From Pirellulales bacterium (GTDB taxonomy: Bacteria; Planctomycetota; Planctomycetia; Pirellulales; UBA1268), in the NCBI GenBank assembly GCA_017853835.1, contig JAFMIU010000005.1, positions 33,072-97,071 on the forward strand: a stretch of DNA of 64,000 bases, read 5' to 3'. Position numbers and translations under genes: made by a program. Below, piece after piece: positions 20,983 to 31,980 of the stretch. Each line of letters opens with the position of its first letter. The first letter of the stretch is position 1. The notes under the pieces were generated by a model. It was not told where the DNA came from. It did no database searches and saw nothing but the letters and a program-made list of their open reading frames with translations.

Positions 20983-23332
20983 GATCCGCCGCCTCCAGCA
21001 CCCCGAGGATGTCGCCGGCGACGGTCCGTGACGAATCGTCCGCCAGATTGTACTGCCTGATCACCGCCTGCACGTGGTCGCATCGCAGGAGCATCCCATG
21101 GTGTTCCACGCTCGCCGAGAACGCGGCGAGGGCGGTCCGCCGCAGCGGATCCGGAAGGTCGTGACGATCGGCCTGGGTCATGAGGATGTCCTGGGCCGCC
21201 GGACTCGCGAGGGAGCCGAGCAGGGCGGTGGCGGGGGCGAAGAGTTCTGCCACATCAAGGGCGCGTTGTGCCGTGGCCACTGCCGGTCTGACGTCCCAGC
21301 CGCGCTTCGACAGCAGCGCGAGGAGGGTGAACGCTTCATGAGCTCGTGCCAGACGCTCCCGCCGAGCGGCCTCACGACTGGCGGGATCGATCGCCACGGG
21401 GCCGGCGGTTCTCGCCACCATGTCGGGAAACCTCGGCAGCATCGCGACGGCGCCGGTGGCATCGTCGATCATCGGTCGAAACATGCTGTCGAGCCGATCC
21501 ACGATCGCCACTCCCGGCATGCCTGCCGTCGCGTTCCTGAGTGAGGCGAGGAATCGTCCGTGCTCGTCGTCATCGAGCGGATCGACCACGACGAGCACCG
21601 GGGGCGTGCCACCGAGGCCCTGGTGACGGAGGAGCTGGGCGGTTTCGACGGCCGAAGGGGTGGAGAGGCGGGCTGCGACGACGACGAGCACCGTGTCGGC
21701 ATGGCCACGGGCGGCGAAGAGGGCCTCCCGGCCGTTCGTCGCGCGAATCGGCTCGTAGCCGAAGCGAGACACATCCGTGGCCAGCGTCTCGAGGACGAGC
21801 GCGTCGGGATGGGCCACCACGGCCCGCTCGGTGCCCGTCGCGGTGGCGGCGTGGAGCAGCGCCTCGAGCACACGGCTCGAACCGGCATACGGCGGGTCAC
21901 CGGCGGTGAGGGCCAGGGTGCGGGCGGCCGCAAACTGCACGCCGGCGTCCGGAGCGCCCAGCGCCCTCACAAGCGCCTTGCGAGTCGCGGGAACGAGTTC
22001 GAGGTCGGCGTCGGAACCCTGCGGCGGCGCAAGGGCCGCCGCCACGCCGGCCGCCGCTTCCAACATGCCCCGCGCGATCGCGTCGTCGAGCACGTCGGCT
22101 GCGACCGCGACGGAGAAGCCATTGGGACCTGTCAGCGGCTTTCGCAGCTCCTGGGGGGCGATCGCCGACGGGCTGCCAGCGGCGACGAGGAGCGCCTCCA
22201 TGCGAGCCAGCAGCACGAGACGCACGGCCGATGGGTCTCGAGGGTCGAGCGCTGCCAGGTCGCCGGCGAGGTGCATCGCCTCTCGGGCACGGGCGGCCCG
22301 CGGTGTCATGCGGGTGTGCACAAACCTCTTGGATGTCGCGTCCCACACGGCCCTTTCGACGACGCCTTCGAGGCTGCCGCCGAAGGCCACGGCGGCGGCC
22401 CCAGGGTCGCGAATCGGCTCGAGCGGGTGTTTGGCATCGGGCAGGCTCCGCGCCCGAAGCACCCGGTCGAGGCGGGCGGCCAACACGCCCATCGCGGTGT
22501 CTCGGGAGATGTCCGACGCGTAGCCATGACGTGCGAGGATGCGGCGGGCTGTTTCCGAGACCGCCTCAGGGGCATCGGCCGCGACCGCCGGCGCCAGGAG
22601 AAACACGGCAATGTCGCGAGAGCCGCTCAGATCGAGCGATTCCATGATGCCCGGCCACGCCTCGACCTCGGAGGATGCGAGCCAGTCGAGCAGGGGATCA
22701 CGGCAATCGCTCCCGATCAGCGTGATGATCTCGCGGGCACGTCGGCATCGAAGGGCGTCTTCAGGGCGGGTCGACGACACCAACGGAACGACTGCCGGAA
22801 GCGCATCGACGCCCGTGCGAGCGAGCTGGTCGGCCGCGGCAAGGCCTTCGGCCGTGGAGGGGCTGCCGAGGAGCGACGCCCACTCCTCCACCTGCTCAGG
22901 GGAGTGCCGCCGGGCCAGCGAGGCGGCTCGAATCGCCGCGACCAGTCGGCCTGCGTCGGGGTCGCGTGTCGCGAGCAGACGCTCGAGCGATCCAAGGCCG
23001 ACGGCATCGATCCCATCGCCAAGATCGGCCATCAGTGAGGGACGATCCGGACCCGCGTCGTCGAGCGACGTCACGACTTTCGCAAACCACTCGGCGGCCG
23101 CGGCACCGGCGTCGACGGAGGCGGCGCGGACGGCGGCATCGAGATACTCGGCGGGCGTCGTGCGCCAACTCGCCGACAGCGATTCCACCACGGACCGCTG
23201 CAGCGGGTCGAGTGGCGGGTCGACGATCGGATCGGCCGCACGGGCGGCACCGGCGACCGCGCAGGCAGCCAGAACCGGAATCAGAAGAGCGAACCGGAGC
23301 AGAGCAGGCATGGGCGACCGGCGACAGGGCGG

Positions 23333-24760
23333 TTACGGCGTGGCCGCAGCTCCCAGCCGCTGACGCCAGCCGGCAATCTGTTCGGCAACCCCTGCGGGGG
23401 CGGTCGAACCAAAGCTCGCCATCCGCGCAACTGCCCGAGAGGCGCCCAAGGCCCCACGGAGGGCGTCGTTCCATCCGGTGTATTCACCGGAGAACTCCTG
23501 ATCGGAAAGGTCTGCCAGGGCCACGCCACGGCTCATCGCCAGCCGCACGAGCCGGCCGACGATCTCGTGGGCCGTGCGCTGCGGGACTCCCTGCGCGATC
23601 AGCGCCTCCATGAGGCTCGTGGCATCGAGGTGCCCCTTCTCGATCGTGGCGGTGATCCGATCGCGATCAAACGAGGTGCCGGTCACGAGGGGAGCAGCCA
23701 CGCCGAGCGAGGCTTCGAGCGTGTCGATCGAATCGAAGAGCGTTTCCTTGTCTTCCTGGAGATCGCGGTTGTAGGCCGTGGGAAGTCCCTTCAGGAGCAC
23801 GAGCAACGCCTGCACGTTGCCGATCGTTCGGGCGCTTTTGCCGCGAACGAGTTCGAGGACGTCGGGGTTGATCTTCTGCGGCATGATCGAACTGCCGGTG
23901 CAGAAGCCTTCGGGAAGCTTGAGGAATCCAAACTCCTGCGTGCTGTAGATGATCCATTCCTCAGCCCATTGCGACAGGTGAACCATCGACAGGGCGATCA
24001 CGAAGGCAAGCTCGCAGGCGAAGTCGCGATCGCTCGCGCCGTCAAGACTGTTGGCCGCGACGGACGCGAAACCGAGCGATTCCCGCACGCGGTCGCGATC
24101 GATCGGAAGGCTCGATCCGGCGAGAGCCCCGGAGCCGAGCGGCAGCACGTTGGTGCGCCGCCGGCAGTCGGCGAGGCGGTCGCGATCGCGGCCGAACTTC
24201 TCGCACCAGGCGAGGAGCTGATGGGCGGCGAGCACCGGCTGGGCCCGACGCAGGTGGGTGTACGCGGGGATCACGAGATCCTGCTCGCGCTCGGCAAATC
24301 CGAGAAACGCCCGCTGAAGATCGGCGAGTCCCTGATCGAGCCGATCGATCGCGCGGCGGCAGAAGAGCCTCAGGTCGGTGGCCACCTGATCATTCCGGCT
24401 GCGGGCCGTGTGGATCTTGCGGCCCGTGTCGCCGAGCCGTGCCGTGAGGGCTGACTCGATGTGGAGGTGGATGTCCTCCTTCGACACGGTGTATTCAAAG
24501 CGACCGGCATGGATCTCGCCACGAATCTCCTCGAGCACCTGGGCGATGGTGTCGGCCTCCTGCACGCTCACCAGGCCGCACTGCGCCAGCATGCGGGCGT
24601 GGGCGATCGATCCGTCGATGTCGTCATCGGCGAGACGACGATCGTAGGAGATGCTTTCCGAAAACAGTTCGACCCGCTTGTCGGTCGGTTCGCGAAACAC
24701 CCCGCCCCAGGCTTTTTGGTGCTGAGCGGGTGACGGAGACTGGTTTTCGGCACTGGACAC
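23333..24760 (-). CDS. argH: Argininosuccinate lyase
   Basis: WGGVF, HTARSRNDQVATD, YTHL, TGSSIMPQKINPD, YNRDLQEDK. Confidence 0.98.
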   Translation of the reverse strand: MSSAENQSPSPAQHQKAWGGVFREPTDKRVELFSESISYDRRLADDDIDGSIAHARMLAQCGLVSVQEADTIAQVLEEIRGEIHAGRFEYTVSKEDIHLHIESALTARLGDTGRKIHTARSRNDQVATDLRLFCRRAIDRLDQGLADLQRAFLGFAEREQDLVIPAYTHLRRAQPVLAAHQLLAWCEKFGRDRDRLADCRRRTNVLPLGSGALAGSSLPIDRDRVRESLGFASVAANSLDGASDRDFACELAFVIALSMVHLSQWAEEWIIYSTQEFGFLKLPEGFCTGSSIMPQKINPDVLELVRGKSARTIGNVQALLVLLKGLPTAYNRDLQEDKETLFDSIDTLEASLGVAAPLVTGTSFDRDRITATIEKGHLDATSLMEALIAQGVPQRTAHEIVGRLVRLAMSRGVALADLSDQEFSGEYTGWNDALRGALGASRAVARMASFGSTAPAGVAEQIAGWRQRLGAAATP

Positions 24761-24857
24761 GGCAAACGCTCCTTGCAGGGTTCGTGATGGAAAACCTTAC
24801 CCTCTGTGCCCGCCGACATGAAACGCGGGTCGGGTTCTCCCCGCTACACTTCACCTC

Positions 24858-26966
24858 ATGATCACTCCCGAGGAGTTTCTGGCGCCCGGCGGGCGGCTCG
24901 CCGCGCGGCTGGCCGGATGGGAGTCGCGTCCCCAGCAACTGGAGATGGCGGCCCTCGTGTCGGAGGCGATTGCCGCTCGTCGGCACGCGATCGTGGAGGC
25001 CGGCACCGGCGTCGGCAAAAGCCTGGCCTATCTCGTGCCCGCGGTGCTGGCGGCCACGGCCGATCAGGCCGACCTGCCGCTCATGCCCGTCGAGCCCGAC
25101 TGGGACGACGCCACCGGGGAAGCCGGGTCGGTCGTGCGGCCGAGACGGGTGGTGATCTCCACCCACACCATCGCGCTGCAGGAGCAGCTCGTCACCAAGG
25201 ACATTCCCCTCGTCGCCGCCGTGATGCCGAGGGAGTTTTCCGCGGTGCTCGTGAAGGGACGGGGCAACTACGTGAGTCTGAGGCGGCTCGAACTGGCCGT
25301 GGAGCGGTCGGGCACCCTCTTTCCCGATGGCGCAGAGCGGGCCGAGCTGCTCTCGCTCGTTCCCTGGGCGAGGCAAACGGCCGACGGATCGCTCGCCGAT
25401 CTTCCCTCGATGCCGAGCGAGAGTGTGTGGGACGAAGTGGCCAGCGATTCCGGCAACTGCATGGGTCGCGCCTGTCCACACAACCAGCGATGTCACTATT
25501 ACGCGGCCCGGCGGCGCATGGCCCACGCCCAGGTGCTCATCGTCAATCACGCGCTCTATTTCGCCGATGTTGCGGTGCGGCGGTCGGGGGCCAGCCTCCT
25601 TCCTCCCCACGACATCGTGATCTTCGACGAAGCCCACACCGTCGAGGCCGTGGCCAGCGAGCATCTTGGCATCGGTGTGTCGAGCGGGGGCATCGAGCGG
25701 GTGCTGTCGAAACTCCACAGCGAGCGCACGCATCGCGGGCTGCTGGTGCACTACCGGCTGCATGACCTCGAGATCGACGTGCGTCGGGCCCGGCGTGCAG
25801 CCGAGGCGTTTTTTGGAGAGGTGCGGGAGGCGGTGGCCGAGCGCGGAGAGCCGCCGTGGCGGATCGCCAGGCCGGGGCTCGTGCGCAACTCGCTTGGAGA
25901 ACCGCTGCAGTCGCTCTCCCGAAAACTCCGCGCCGCCGCGGGCGGCATCGCCAACCCTGCCGAGCGTCTCGATTTCACGTCCCTCGCCGAACGGCTCGAC
26001 GCGCACGCCTCGGCCGTGGAAACCTGGCTCGGTCAGAAGGAACCCGGAAGCGTCTGGTGGGTCGAATCCCAGCGATCCAGGCGAGGCCGCGAGCGGGTGA
26101 CGCTGGCGAGTGCGCCGGTGGACGTCGGCGACACGCTGCGACGGGAGCTCTTCGGGCGCATCGGAACGGTCGTGTTGGCGAGCGCCACCCTCGCGGTGCG
26201 CTCGGCGCGGCCGCGGAGCGACGACGAGGAATGGACGGGCGAGTCGGAGGGCCGTGATCGGCCAACGGGAGAGTTCGCCTTTCTGAGGGGCCGCCTCGGC
26301 ATTCCGGACAGCGCGCTGGAACGTCGGCTGGGAAGCCCATTCGACTATCCGAAGCAGGCCAGGCTCGTGCTCATCGATCGCCTGCCGGATCCCTCCAGTG
26401 GTACGGCGTACGACGACGCCGTTGCCAGGATGATCCGACGGTATGTGGCCCGAAGCCATGGACGGGCGATGGTGCTGTTTACGAGCCACGCGGCCCTGTC
26501 GAAAGCCTCGGCTGATCTGGCGGGGTGGTGTGCGCGGCGAAATTACCGGCTCGTGAGCCAGGCCGACAATCTGCCGCGATCCCGGATGCTGGAGATGTTT
26601 CGGGAGGGCCCGGCGAGCGTGCTGCTCGGAACCGACGGTTTCTGGCAGGGCATCGACCTGCCTGGCGACTGCCTTGTGACGGTGATCATCACGAAGCTCC
26701 CGTTTGCGGTGCCCGACCGGCCCCTCGTGGCGGCACGGATCGAGGCGATCAAGCAGGCGGGGGGCAACGCCTTTGCCGACTATCAGCTGCCCGAAGCGGT
26801 GCTGAAGCTCAAGCAGGGTTTCGGACGGCTGATTCGAACGCACACCGACCATGGCACGGTGGTGATTCTCGATCCGAGAATGCTCACGAAGCCCTATGGG
26901 CGGGTCTTTCTCGAAAGCCTGCCGCCGGCTGCGGTGTCGATCGAGCCGTTTGTCGACGACGAGTGA
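24858..26966 (+). CDS. DinG/YoaA-family ATP-dependent DNA helicase
   Basis: SRPQQ Q-motif, [35 protein letters not shown]. Confidence 0.93.
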   Translation: MITPEEFLAPGGRLAARLAGWESRPQQLEMAALVSEAIAARRHAIVEAGTGVGKSLAYLVPAVLAATADQADLPLMPVEPDWDDATGEAGSVVRPRRVVISTHTIALQEQLVTKDIPLVAAVMPREFSAVLVKGRGNYVSLRRLELAVERSGTLFPDGAERAELLSLVPWARQTADGSLADLPSMPSESVWDEVASDSGNCMGRACPHNQRCHYYAARRRMAHAQVLIVNHALYFADVAVRRSGASLLPPHDIVIFDEAHTVEAVASEHLGIGVSSGGIERVLSKLHSERTHRGLLVHYRLHDLEIDVRRARRAAEAFFGEVREAVAERGEPPWRIARPGLVRNSLGEPLQSLSRKLRAAAGGIANPAERLDFTSLAERLDAHASAVETWLGQKEPGSVWWVESQRSRRGRERVTLASAPVDVGDTLRRELFGRIGTVVLASATLAVRSARPRSDDEEWTGESEGRDRPTGEFAFLRGRLGIPDSALERRLGSPFDYPKQARLVLIDRLPDPSSGTAYDDAVARMIRRYVARSHGRAMVLFTSHAALSKASADLAGWCARRNYRLVSQADNLPRSRMLEMFREGPASVLLGTDGFWQGIDLPGDCLVTVIITKLPFAVPDRPLVAARIEAIKQAGGNAFADYQLPEAVLKLKQGFGRLIRTHTDHGTVVILDPRMLTKPYGRVFLESLPPAAVSIEPFVDDE

Positions 26967-26999
26967 TCGTTCGACGTTCGGGAGTGGCGTGGCATTCGC

Positions 27000-27689
27000 T
27001 CACGCGGAACGAAGTTCCAGTTCGGCCCATGTGGTGGGGTCGGAGTCCCATGGATACTCCGGGGGCGCGAAGCACGGGACCTTGCCGAGCCGGCGGTCGA
27101 CCATCGCCACGAAGAAGCCCAGTCGTGGCATCTCCACGGGATCCCAGCCGTGGAGTGCGGCGGCGCGTATGAAGGCATTGATCATCCAGCCGTCAGGCGT
27201 CGATGTGGCGTCGATCGAGATGGCCCCTGCGGGCAGTTCGGACGGCGTCTCGCTCGTGCGAGGAATCGTCGCGGCGACGGCAACCGGCTTGTCGGCGAGT
27301 CGGCCGCCACCCGTCGGGAGCAACGCGAGTCGATGGCAATAGCGACCGGCTCGGTGACTGTCGCCGGTGGGACGGGTGGCGATCCACAGGTGGAGGCCGT
27401 CGCTGTCCTCAGGCCGGGTGGGGTGGCACCATCGCGCTCCGGGCACCTGTCGGGCCACCGACCGGAGTGCCAGCCCTTCGGGATTCCACGCTGTCCACAG
27501 ATCGACGACATCGGGCACCCCTGCCACGTCCGCGAACGACGGAATGCGGCAGGTGTCGTCGAGGTCCCACGACGAAGGGGGCCACAGCCGTTCCCGGCGC
27601 GGCGCGACGAGACGGATGCGAAACAGGGCGGCGGGATTGACGAGCGGGCTCATGGCGATCGGGCAGGTGGGATTCTGCGGGTGAGGCAA
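27000..27689 (-). CDS. Conserved hypothetical protein (DOMON/CBM9-like beta-sandwich)
   Basis: AWNPEGL, DGLHLWIATR..HRAGRYCH, DPTTWAELEL; start may be at 27653. Confidence 0.65.
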   Translation of the reverse strand: MPHPQNPTCPIAMSPLVNPAALFRIRLVAPRRERLWPPSSWDLDDTCRIPSFADVAGVPDVVDLWTAWNPEGLALRSVARQVPGARWCHPTRPEDSDGLHLWIATRPTGDSHRAGRYCHRLALLPTGGGRLADKPVAVAATIPRTSETPSELPAGAISIDATSTPDGWMINAFIRAAALHGWDPVEMPRLGFFVAMVDRRLGKVPCFAPPEYPWDSDPTTWAELELRSA

Positions 27690-27769
27690 GGCCGAAGGGC
27701 GCGCCTTTGTGGCCTATAGTACCAGTGGCGGGAGATTCGCCCCCCCGCCTGCATTCGTTGGTCGATCCC

Positions 27770-29248
27770 ATGCGCATCCTCGAAATCGCCAGTGAGGCTG
27801 TTCCCTTCGCCAAGACCGGCGGGCTCGCGGATGTTGCCGGCGCCCTGCCGGAGGCCCTTGCCGGTCTCGGCCACGAGGTGGCGGTCGTTCTGCCGGGGTA
27901 TGCCGCGGCCCTCTCCCAGGGGTTGCCGATCGAGCCGACCGGAATCGAGTTTGACGTGCCGATCGGCACCCGTACGCGACCGGCGAGGATTCTTCGGTGC
28001 CACCGCGAGGGCATGCGGGCTGACGTCTACCTGATCGCCAACGGCGAGTTGTTCGATCGCCCGTCGCTCTACGGAGGCGCCCACGATTATCCAGACAACG
28101 CCGAGCGGTTCATCTTCTTTTCCCGCGCGGCGATGGAACTCGCCTGCCGACTGGGCGGAGGATGGGACATTCTCCATTGCCACGACTGGCAGGCTGGGCT
28201 GGTGCCGGCCTATCGCAAGGTGCTCTATGCCGACCGCAACGAACTCGGCGTCGCCCGGACGGTGATGACGATTCACAACATGGCGTATCAGGGACTGTTC
28301 TGGCACTGGGACATGCTGCTGACGGGTATCGACTGGCGGCACTTCACCTGGCAGGAGATGGAGTTTTACGGAAAGCTGAGCCTCCTGAAGACGGGCCTGG
28401 TGTTTGCGGATGCGATCAGCACGGTCAGCCCGACCTACGCCCGTGAGATTCGTACGTCGGGAGGATGCGGACTGGAAGGATTGCTGGCGGCGAGGAGCGA
28501 CGTCCTGACGGGTATCGTGAACGGCATCGACACGACGATCTGGGATCCGTCGGCCGACCCGACCTTGCCACGGGCTTTTGGCATCGCCGATGTCGAGCAC
28601 GGCAAAGAGGCCGCCCGTGCGGCACTGGCCGCCAGGCTGGGACGACCGGCTCCCGATGCGCGGCCACTCGTCGCCTTCATCGGAAGGCTCGTGCAGCAGA
28701 AGGGCGTCGAACTGGTGATCGAGCTCCTGGCTCGTTCTGCCGGGAACGGGCGAGCCCATTTCGTGGTGCTGGGCACGGGCAGCGAGGACTACGAAGGCGA
28801 ACTTCGGCGGCTTGCCGAGGTCTACCCCGGCACGGTCGACGTGGTGATTGGATTCGATGAAGGGCTCTCTCATCTCGTTCAAGCGGCAGCCGACATCACG
28901 CTCGTGCCAAGCCAGTTCGAGCCCTGTGGCCTGACCCAGCTCTACGCCCAGCGATACGGTTCGATTCCGGTGGTGCGATCGACCGGAGGGCTGGTCGATA
29001 CCGTGATCGACGCCACCCCCGAAGCGATTCGCGACGGCGCCGCGACGGGCTTCGTGTTTGGTCGGTTCGACACGAACGACCTCGAGCAGGCGTTGGAGCG
29101 GGCACTCGCCGCCCATGCTGACGGCCCGCTCTGGCGTTCCCTGGTGGCGAATGCCATGCGTCGTGATTGGTCGTGGCGGGCGAGTGGCCGCGACTATGCG
29201 AGGCTCTTCGAGCAAACCCTCGCGCGGCCCGCGGTGACCGTTGGCTAG
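27770..29248 (+). CDS. glgA: Glycogen synthase
   Basis: PFAKTGGLADV, HCHDWQ, TIHNMAYQG, QKG, PSQFEPCGLTQL, TGGL.DT. Confidence 0.97.
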   Translation: MRILEIASEAVPFAKTGGLADVAGALPEALAGLGHEVAVVLPGYAAALSQGLPIEPTGIEFDVPIGTRTRPARILRCHREGMRADVYLIANGELFDRPSLYGGAHDYPDNAERFIFFSRAAMELACRLGGGWDILHCHDWQAGLVPAYRKVLYADRNELGVARTVMTIHNMAYQGLFWHWDMLLTGIDWRHFTWQEMEFYGKLSLLKTGLVFADAISTVSPTYAREIRTSGGCGLEGLLAARSDVLTGIVNGIDTTIWDPSADPTLPRAFGIADVEHGKEAARAALAARLGRPAPDARPLVAFIGRLVQQKGVELVIELLARSAGNGRAHFVVLGTGSEDYEGELRRLAEVYPGTVDVVIGFDEGLSHLVQAAADITLVPSQFEPCGLTQLYAQRYGSIPVVRSTGGLVDTVIDATPEAIRDGAATGFVFGRFDTNDLEQALERALAAHADGPLWRSLVANAMRRDWSWRASGRDYARLFEQTLARPAVTVG

Positions 29249-29406
29249 AGCGCGTCTGAGATACGTGTATCGCCGGCTCGGGGGCGGCAAAAGTCTCGTC
29301 GCCGGGGCGAGGATACGCCCAAGGCTCCTCGAGCGTTCGCCGACCCCCTCGCCTACCCGCTCAGGATTATCAACTCGTCGCTACACGTAGCGGAGATGCG
29401 CTCTAG
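29245..29406. mobile_element. Putative MITE (162 bp) with imperfect terminal inverted repeats and CTAG at both ends
   Basis: Left end CTAGAGCGCGTCTGAGATACGTGTA vs reverse complement of right end CTAGAGCGCATCTCCGCTACGTGTA (21/25 identical). The left CTAG contains the glgA TAG stop. Confidence 0.7.
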
Positions 29407-29576
29407 CGAGGCTCCAGCGCATGCCGATCGCCATCGTGGCCGTGATGGAGGCCCCGGGGGCATGGGCAACCTGCAGCGACCCTGACGCCGGCGGTTGACC
29501 GGGTGTCGTCAGGCATGCCGTTGTGACCGATACAAACGTCATGATGCGATCGCTCTGTGACAAGGTGCCGTGCCCC

Positions 29577-29960
29577 ATGAATCTCATCCGAATGGTCGTC
29601 GTCGGGATGGTATGTGGGCTGGTGGTCGCAGGGAATGCGATGAGCGACGTGCGGGCAGGGGAGGCGTGCAGGCACTGCCGTCACTGCAAGCGCACCGCGG
29701 CGGGCGATGAGATGCCCTACGGCGACATGGGGTGCGGCCCTCGATTCTGCGGGCCGGAGCGCGACTCGTGGTGCAAGCCCGACCCATGCGACTGCTGCGG
29801 TCGGTGGAGGGGATGCGACGGGGCGCCGGCGCTTCCCGAGAAGTTCGCCCCGTGGCAGCTGCCGCCGGGCCGTGGGTTCGTGCCACCGTCGGCGGTCGGT
29901 TATGTGCCGCCGTGCACATCCTGCGAGTCGTGCGGTCCGAGATTCTTCGGCTGCCGCTGA
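29577..29960 (+). CDS. Small secreted cysteine-rich protein
   Basis: Signal peptide MNLIRMVVVGMVCGLVVAGNA; 15 Cys; CGPRF occurs twice. Confidence 0.7.
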   Translation: MNLIRMVVVGMVCGLVVAGNAMSDVRAGEACRHCRHCKRTAAGDEMPYGDMGCGPRFCGPERDSWCKPDPCDCCGRWRGCDGAPALPEKFAPWQLPPGRGFVPPSAVGYVPPCTSCESCGPRFFGCR

Positions 29961-31135
29961 CGCTCGGCGATGAGCGAGGCGGCGAAGGTGATCGTGTCGT
30001 CACGATCCCGGCACGCCTGGCGGAGGAGTTCCCACTCGCCTGACAGGGCGGCGAGGTCGATGAGCGACGGCATCGCGGCCGACGCCTGCAGCGGGCTTGG
30101 CAGTGCGGCGGCATCACGGGGCCGCGACACGGCAGCATGGAGAGCCTCGGCATGCCTGCCGAGTCGGGCCAACAGCAGCACAAGCACATCGTGGGGCAGG
30201 GGACCGTCGCTGGGGTCGGCCGTGGCCGCGCTCGACCGAAAGAATCGCACGGCCTGATCGACATCGATCCCGCACTGGCTGCCGAAAAAGAGCCGCGATG
30301 CCTCCCCCACATCGACGAAGGGGGGCTCGCCTGGGTAGGCGAGATCGGCCGGCAGGCGGGTGGCGTAGACCGACAACTCCCATGCTTTGCGCACGGTTGC
30401 CGGGTCCGTGCAGATCCGGGCGAGCCGCAGCACCGACTGCAGGTGGGAGACGTCGACGTGCGGCCCGATCGACAGGTCAGCCATCGCGTCGATCAACGAC
30501 GGCGACATGGAGGCCCCGAGCCCGGCGCGGTCCCGATCGCGCCGGAGTCCGGCGAGCACGTCGTCGTGGAGGTGGGCCACCAGTTCCGAGGCCGCGGCAT
30601 GCTGCCGTGCCGCCGGAAGCCTCGATACCGCCTGCTCGAAGGCCGTGATCGCCGCACACGTGCCCTGGGTGGCGATCATGATCCGGATCCCGAGTGCGGG
30701 ATCGACGCCCTCCCAGAGAGCAACGCCGAGAATCTCCTCGAGGGTGTGTTCGGCAGAGTCGGCCACTGGGAGCGACTCGAGGAGCGGGGTGGCCAGATGG
30801 CGGAGCCGCTCGGCCACATCGACAGGATCGGCGGCGGCGCGGAGGTACATCCATGCCGCCGCGACCGTGCCCTCTGTCAGCAGCGGCCACCCCACCTCCC
30901 GGCAGGCGGCGAGGCTTCGCTCATCGAAGGCGTCGCGAACGGCTGGGGGAACATCACCCGGACTTCCGACGGGCGAGAGTCCACAATCGACCCGTGCCTG
31001 GACGATCCGCGCATCGAAGACGGCATGCCAGCGTCGCTGTGCGGTGAGCGACTCGATCAGGGCGTCGAACATCGCCCCTGAGCCGGACACTTCGTCGATG
31101 CGACGCAAGGACTCGAAGAGGTCGTTTGAGGTCAT
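29900..31135 (-). CDS. Conserved hypothetical alpha-helical protein
   Basis: 411-aa ORF coupled to the upstream methyltransferase; AAWMYLRA, GTCAAIT, HVDVSHLQSVLR, YPGEPPF. Confidence 0.75.
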   Translation of the reverse strand: MTSNDLFESLRRIDEVSGSGAMFDALIESLTAQRRWHAVFDARIVQARVDCGLSPVGSPGDVPPAVRDAFDERSLAACREVGWPLLTEGTVAAAWMYLRAAADPVDVAERLRHLATPLLESLPVADSAEHTLEEILGVALWEGVDPALGIRIMIATQGTCAAITAFEQAVSRLPAARQHAAASELVAHLHDDVLAGLRRDRDRAGLGASMSPSLIDAMADLSIGPHVDVSHLQSVLRLARICTDPATVRKAWELSVYATRLPADLAYPGEPPFVDVGEASRLFFGSQCGIDVDQAVRFFRSSAATADPSDGPLPHDVLVLLLARLGRHAEALHAAVSRPRDAAALPSPLQASAAMPSLIDLAALSGEWELLRQACRDRDDTITFAASLIAERQRQPKNLGPHDSQDVHGGT

Positions 31136-31980
31136 GGCGTCGTCGATTCCTGACGAACCGACTCATAGGCAAGAATGGCCGTCGTCACCGAAAGGTTGAG
31201 GCTGTCGGCGATGCCTCGCATGGGAAGGCGAATCGTTTCGAGCGCGAGCGTTCCGGCGGCCGCGGCGGCCTGCCAGGACTCGGACACGCCATGGGCCTCG
31301 CTGCCCAGGAGGATCGCCACCGATCCCAGCAGATTCGACTCGTGCCACATCCGCGATCCCTCGGGGGTCGCGGCGACGACGCGTCGGCCCTGCTGGCGAC
31401 ACCAGTCGATCACGTCGGTGGTGGAGGCGGTGCCCAAGCGGACGGCGAAGACGGTGCCGAGACTCGCGCGGATGACCGCCGGGTTGGCGACATCGGTGCG
31501 GCCGTCGCAGATGATCACGCCTCCGAGGCCCGCGGCGTCGACCGTGCGCAGGATGGCCCCGAGGTTGCCAGGCTTCTCGACCCCCTCGATGAGCAGCACG
31601 GGGCGATCGGCTGGAAACGTCACGGCGGCGAGTGGCATGGGGCGAAATCGCACGACCCCAACGATGCCTTCGTTGCGGGTGCCGAAGGCGACACGGTCGA
31701 ACGCCCGTTCCGAGACGAATGCGATGCGAGTGCCGGCGGCACCGAGCCGCTCCGCCCAGTCGCCAAGCTGCTCAGGAGCATCGGATCGTGTGTCATGGAG
31801 CCGTCGCTCATCGATAAACGCCTCGACGATCGGAATTCCGGCGGCGGCGGCACGAGCGAGTTCTCGGCGGCCGTCGACGAGCGTGAGGCCGCTTGCGCGA
31901 CGGGCGTCGGCATCGCGTAGCGAGGCCGCCTGCTTGATCCGCGGGTTGGAGGGGCTGGTGATCGTTTCGGAAGGAGTCAT
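31132..31980 (-). CDS. TrmH/SpoU-family RNA methyltransferase
   Basis: ITSPSNPRIK, EKPGNLGAILRT, LGSEAHG, PMRGIADSLNLS. Confidence 0.93.
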   Translation of the reverse strand: MTPSETITSPSNPRIKQAASLRDADARRASGLTLVDGRRELARAAAAGIPIVEAFIDERRLHDTRSDAPEQLGDWAERLGAAGTRIAFVSERAFDRVAFGTRNEGIVGVVRFRPMPLAAVTFPADRPVLLIEGVEKPGNLGAILRTVDAAGLGGVIICDGRTDVANPAVIRASLGTVFAVRLGTASTTDVIDWCRQQGRRVVAATPEGSRMWHESNLLGSVAILLGSEAHGVSESWQAAAAAGTLALETIRLPMRGIADSLNLSVTTAILAYESVRQESTTP

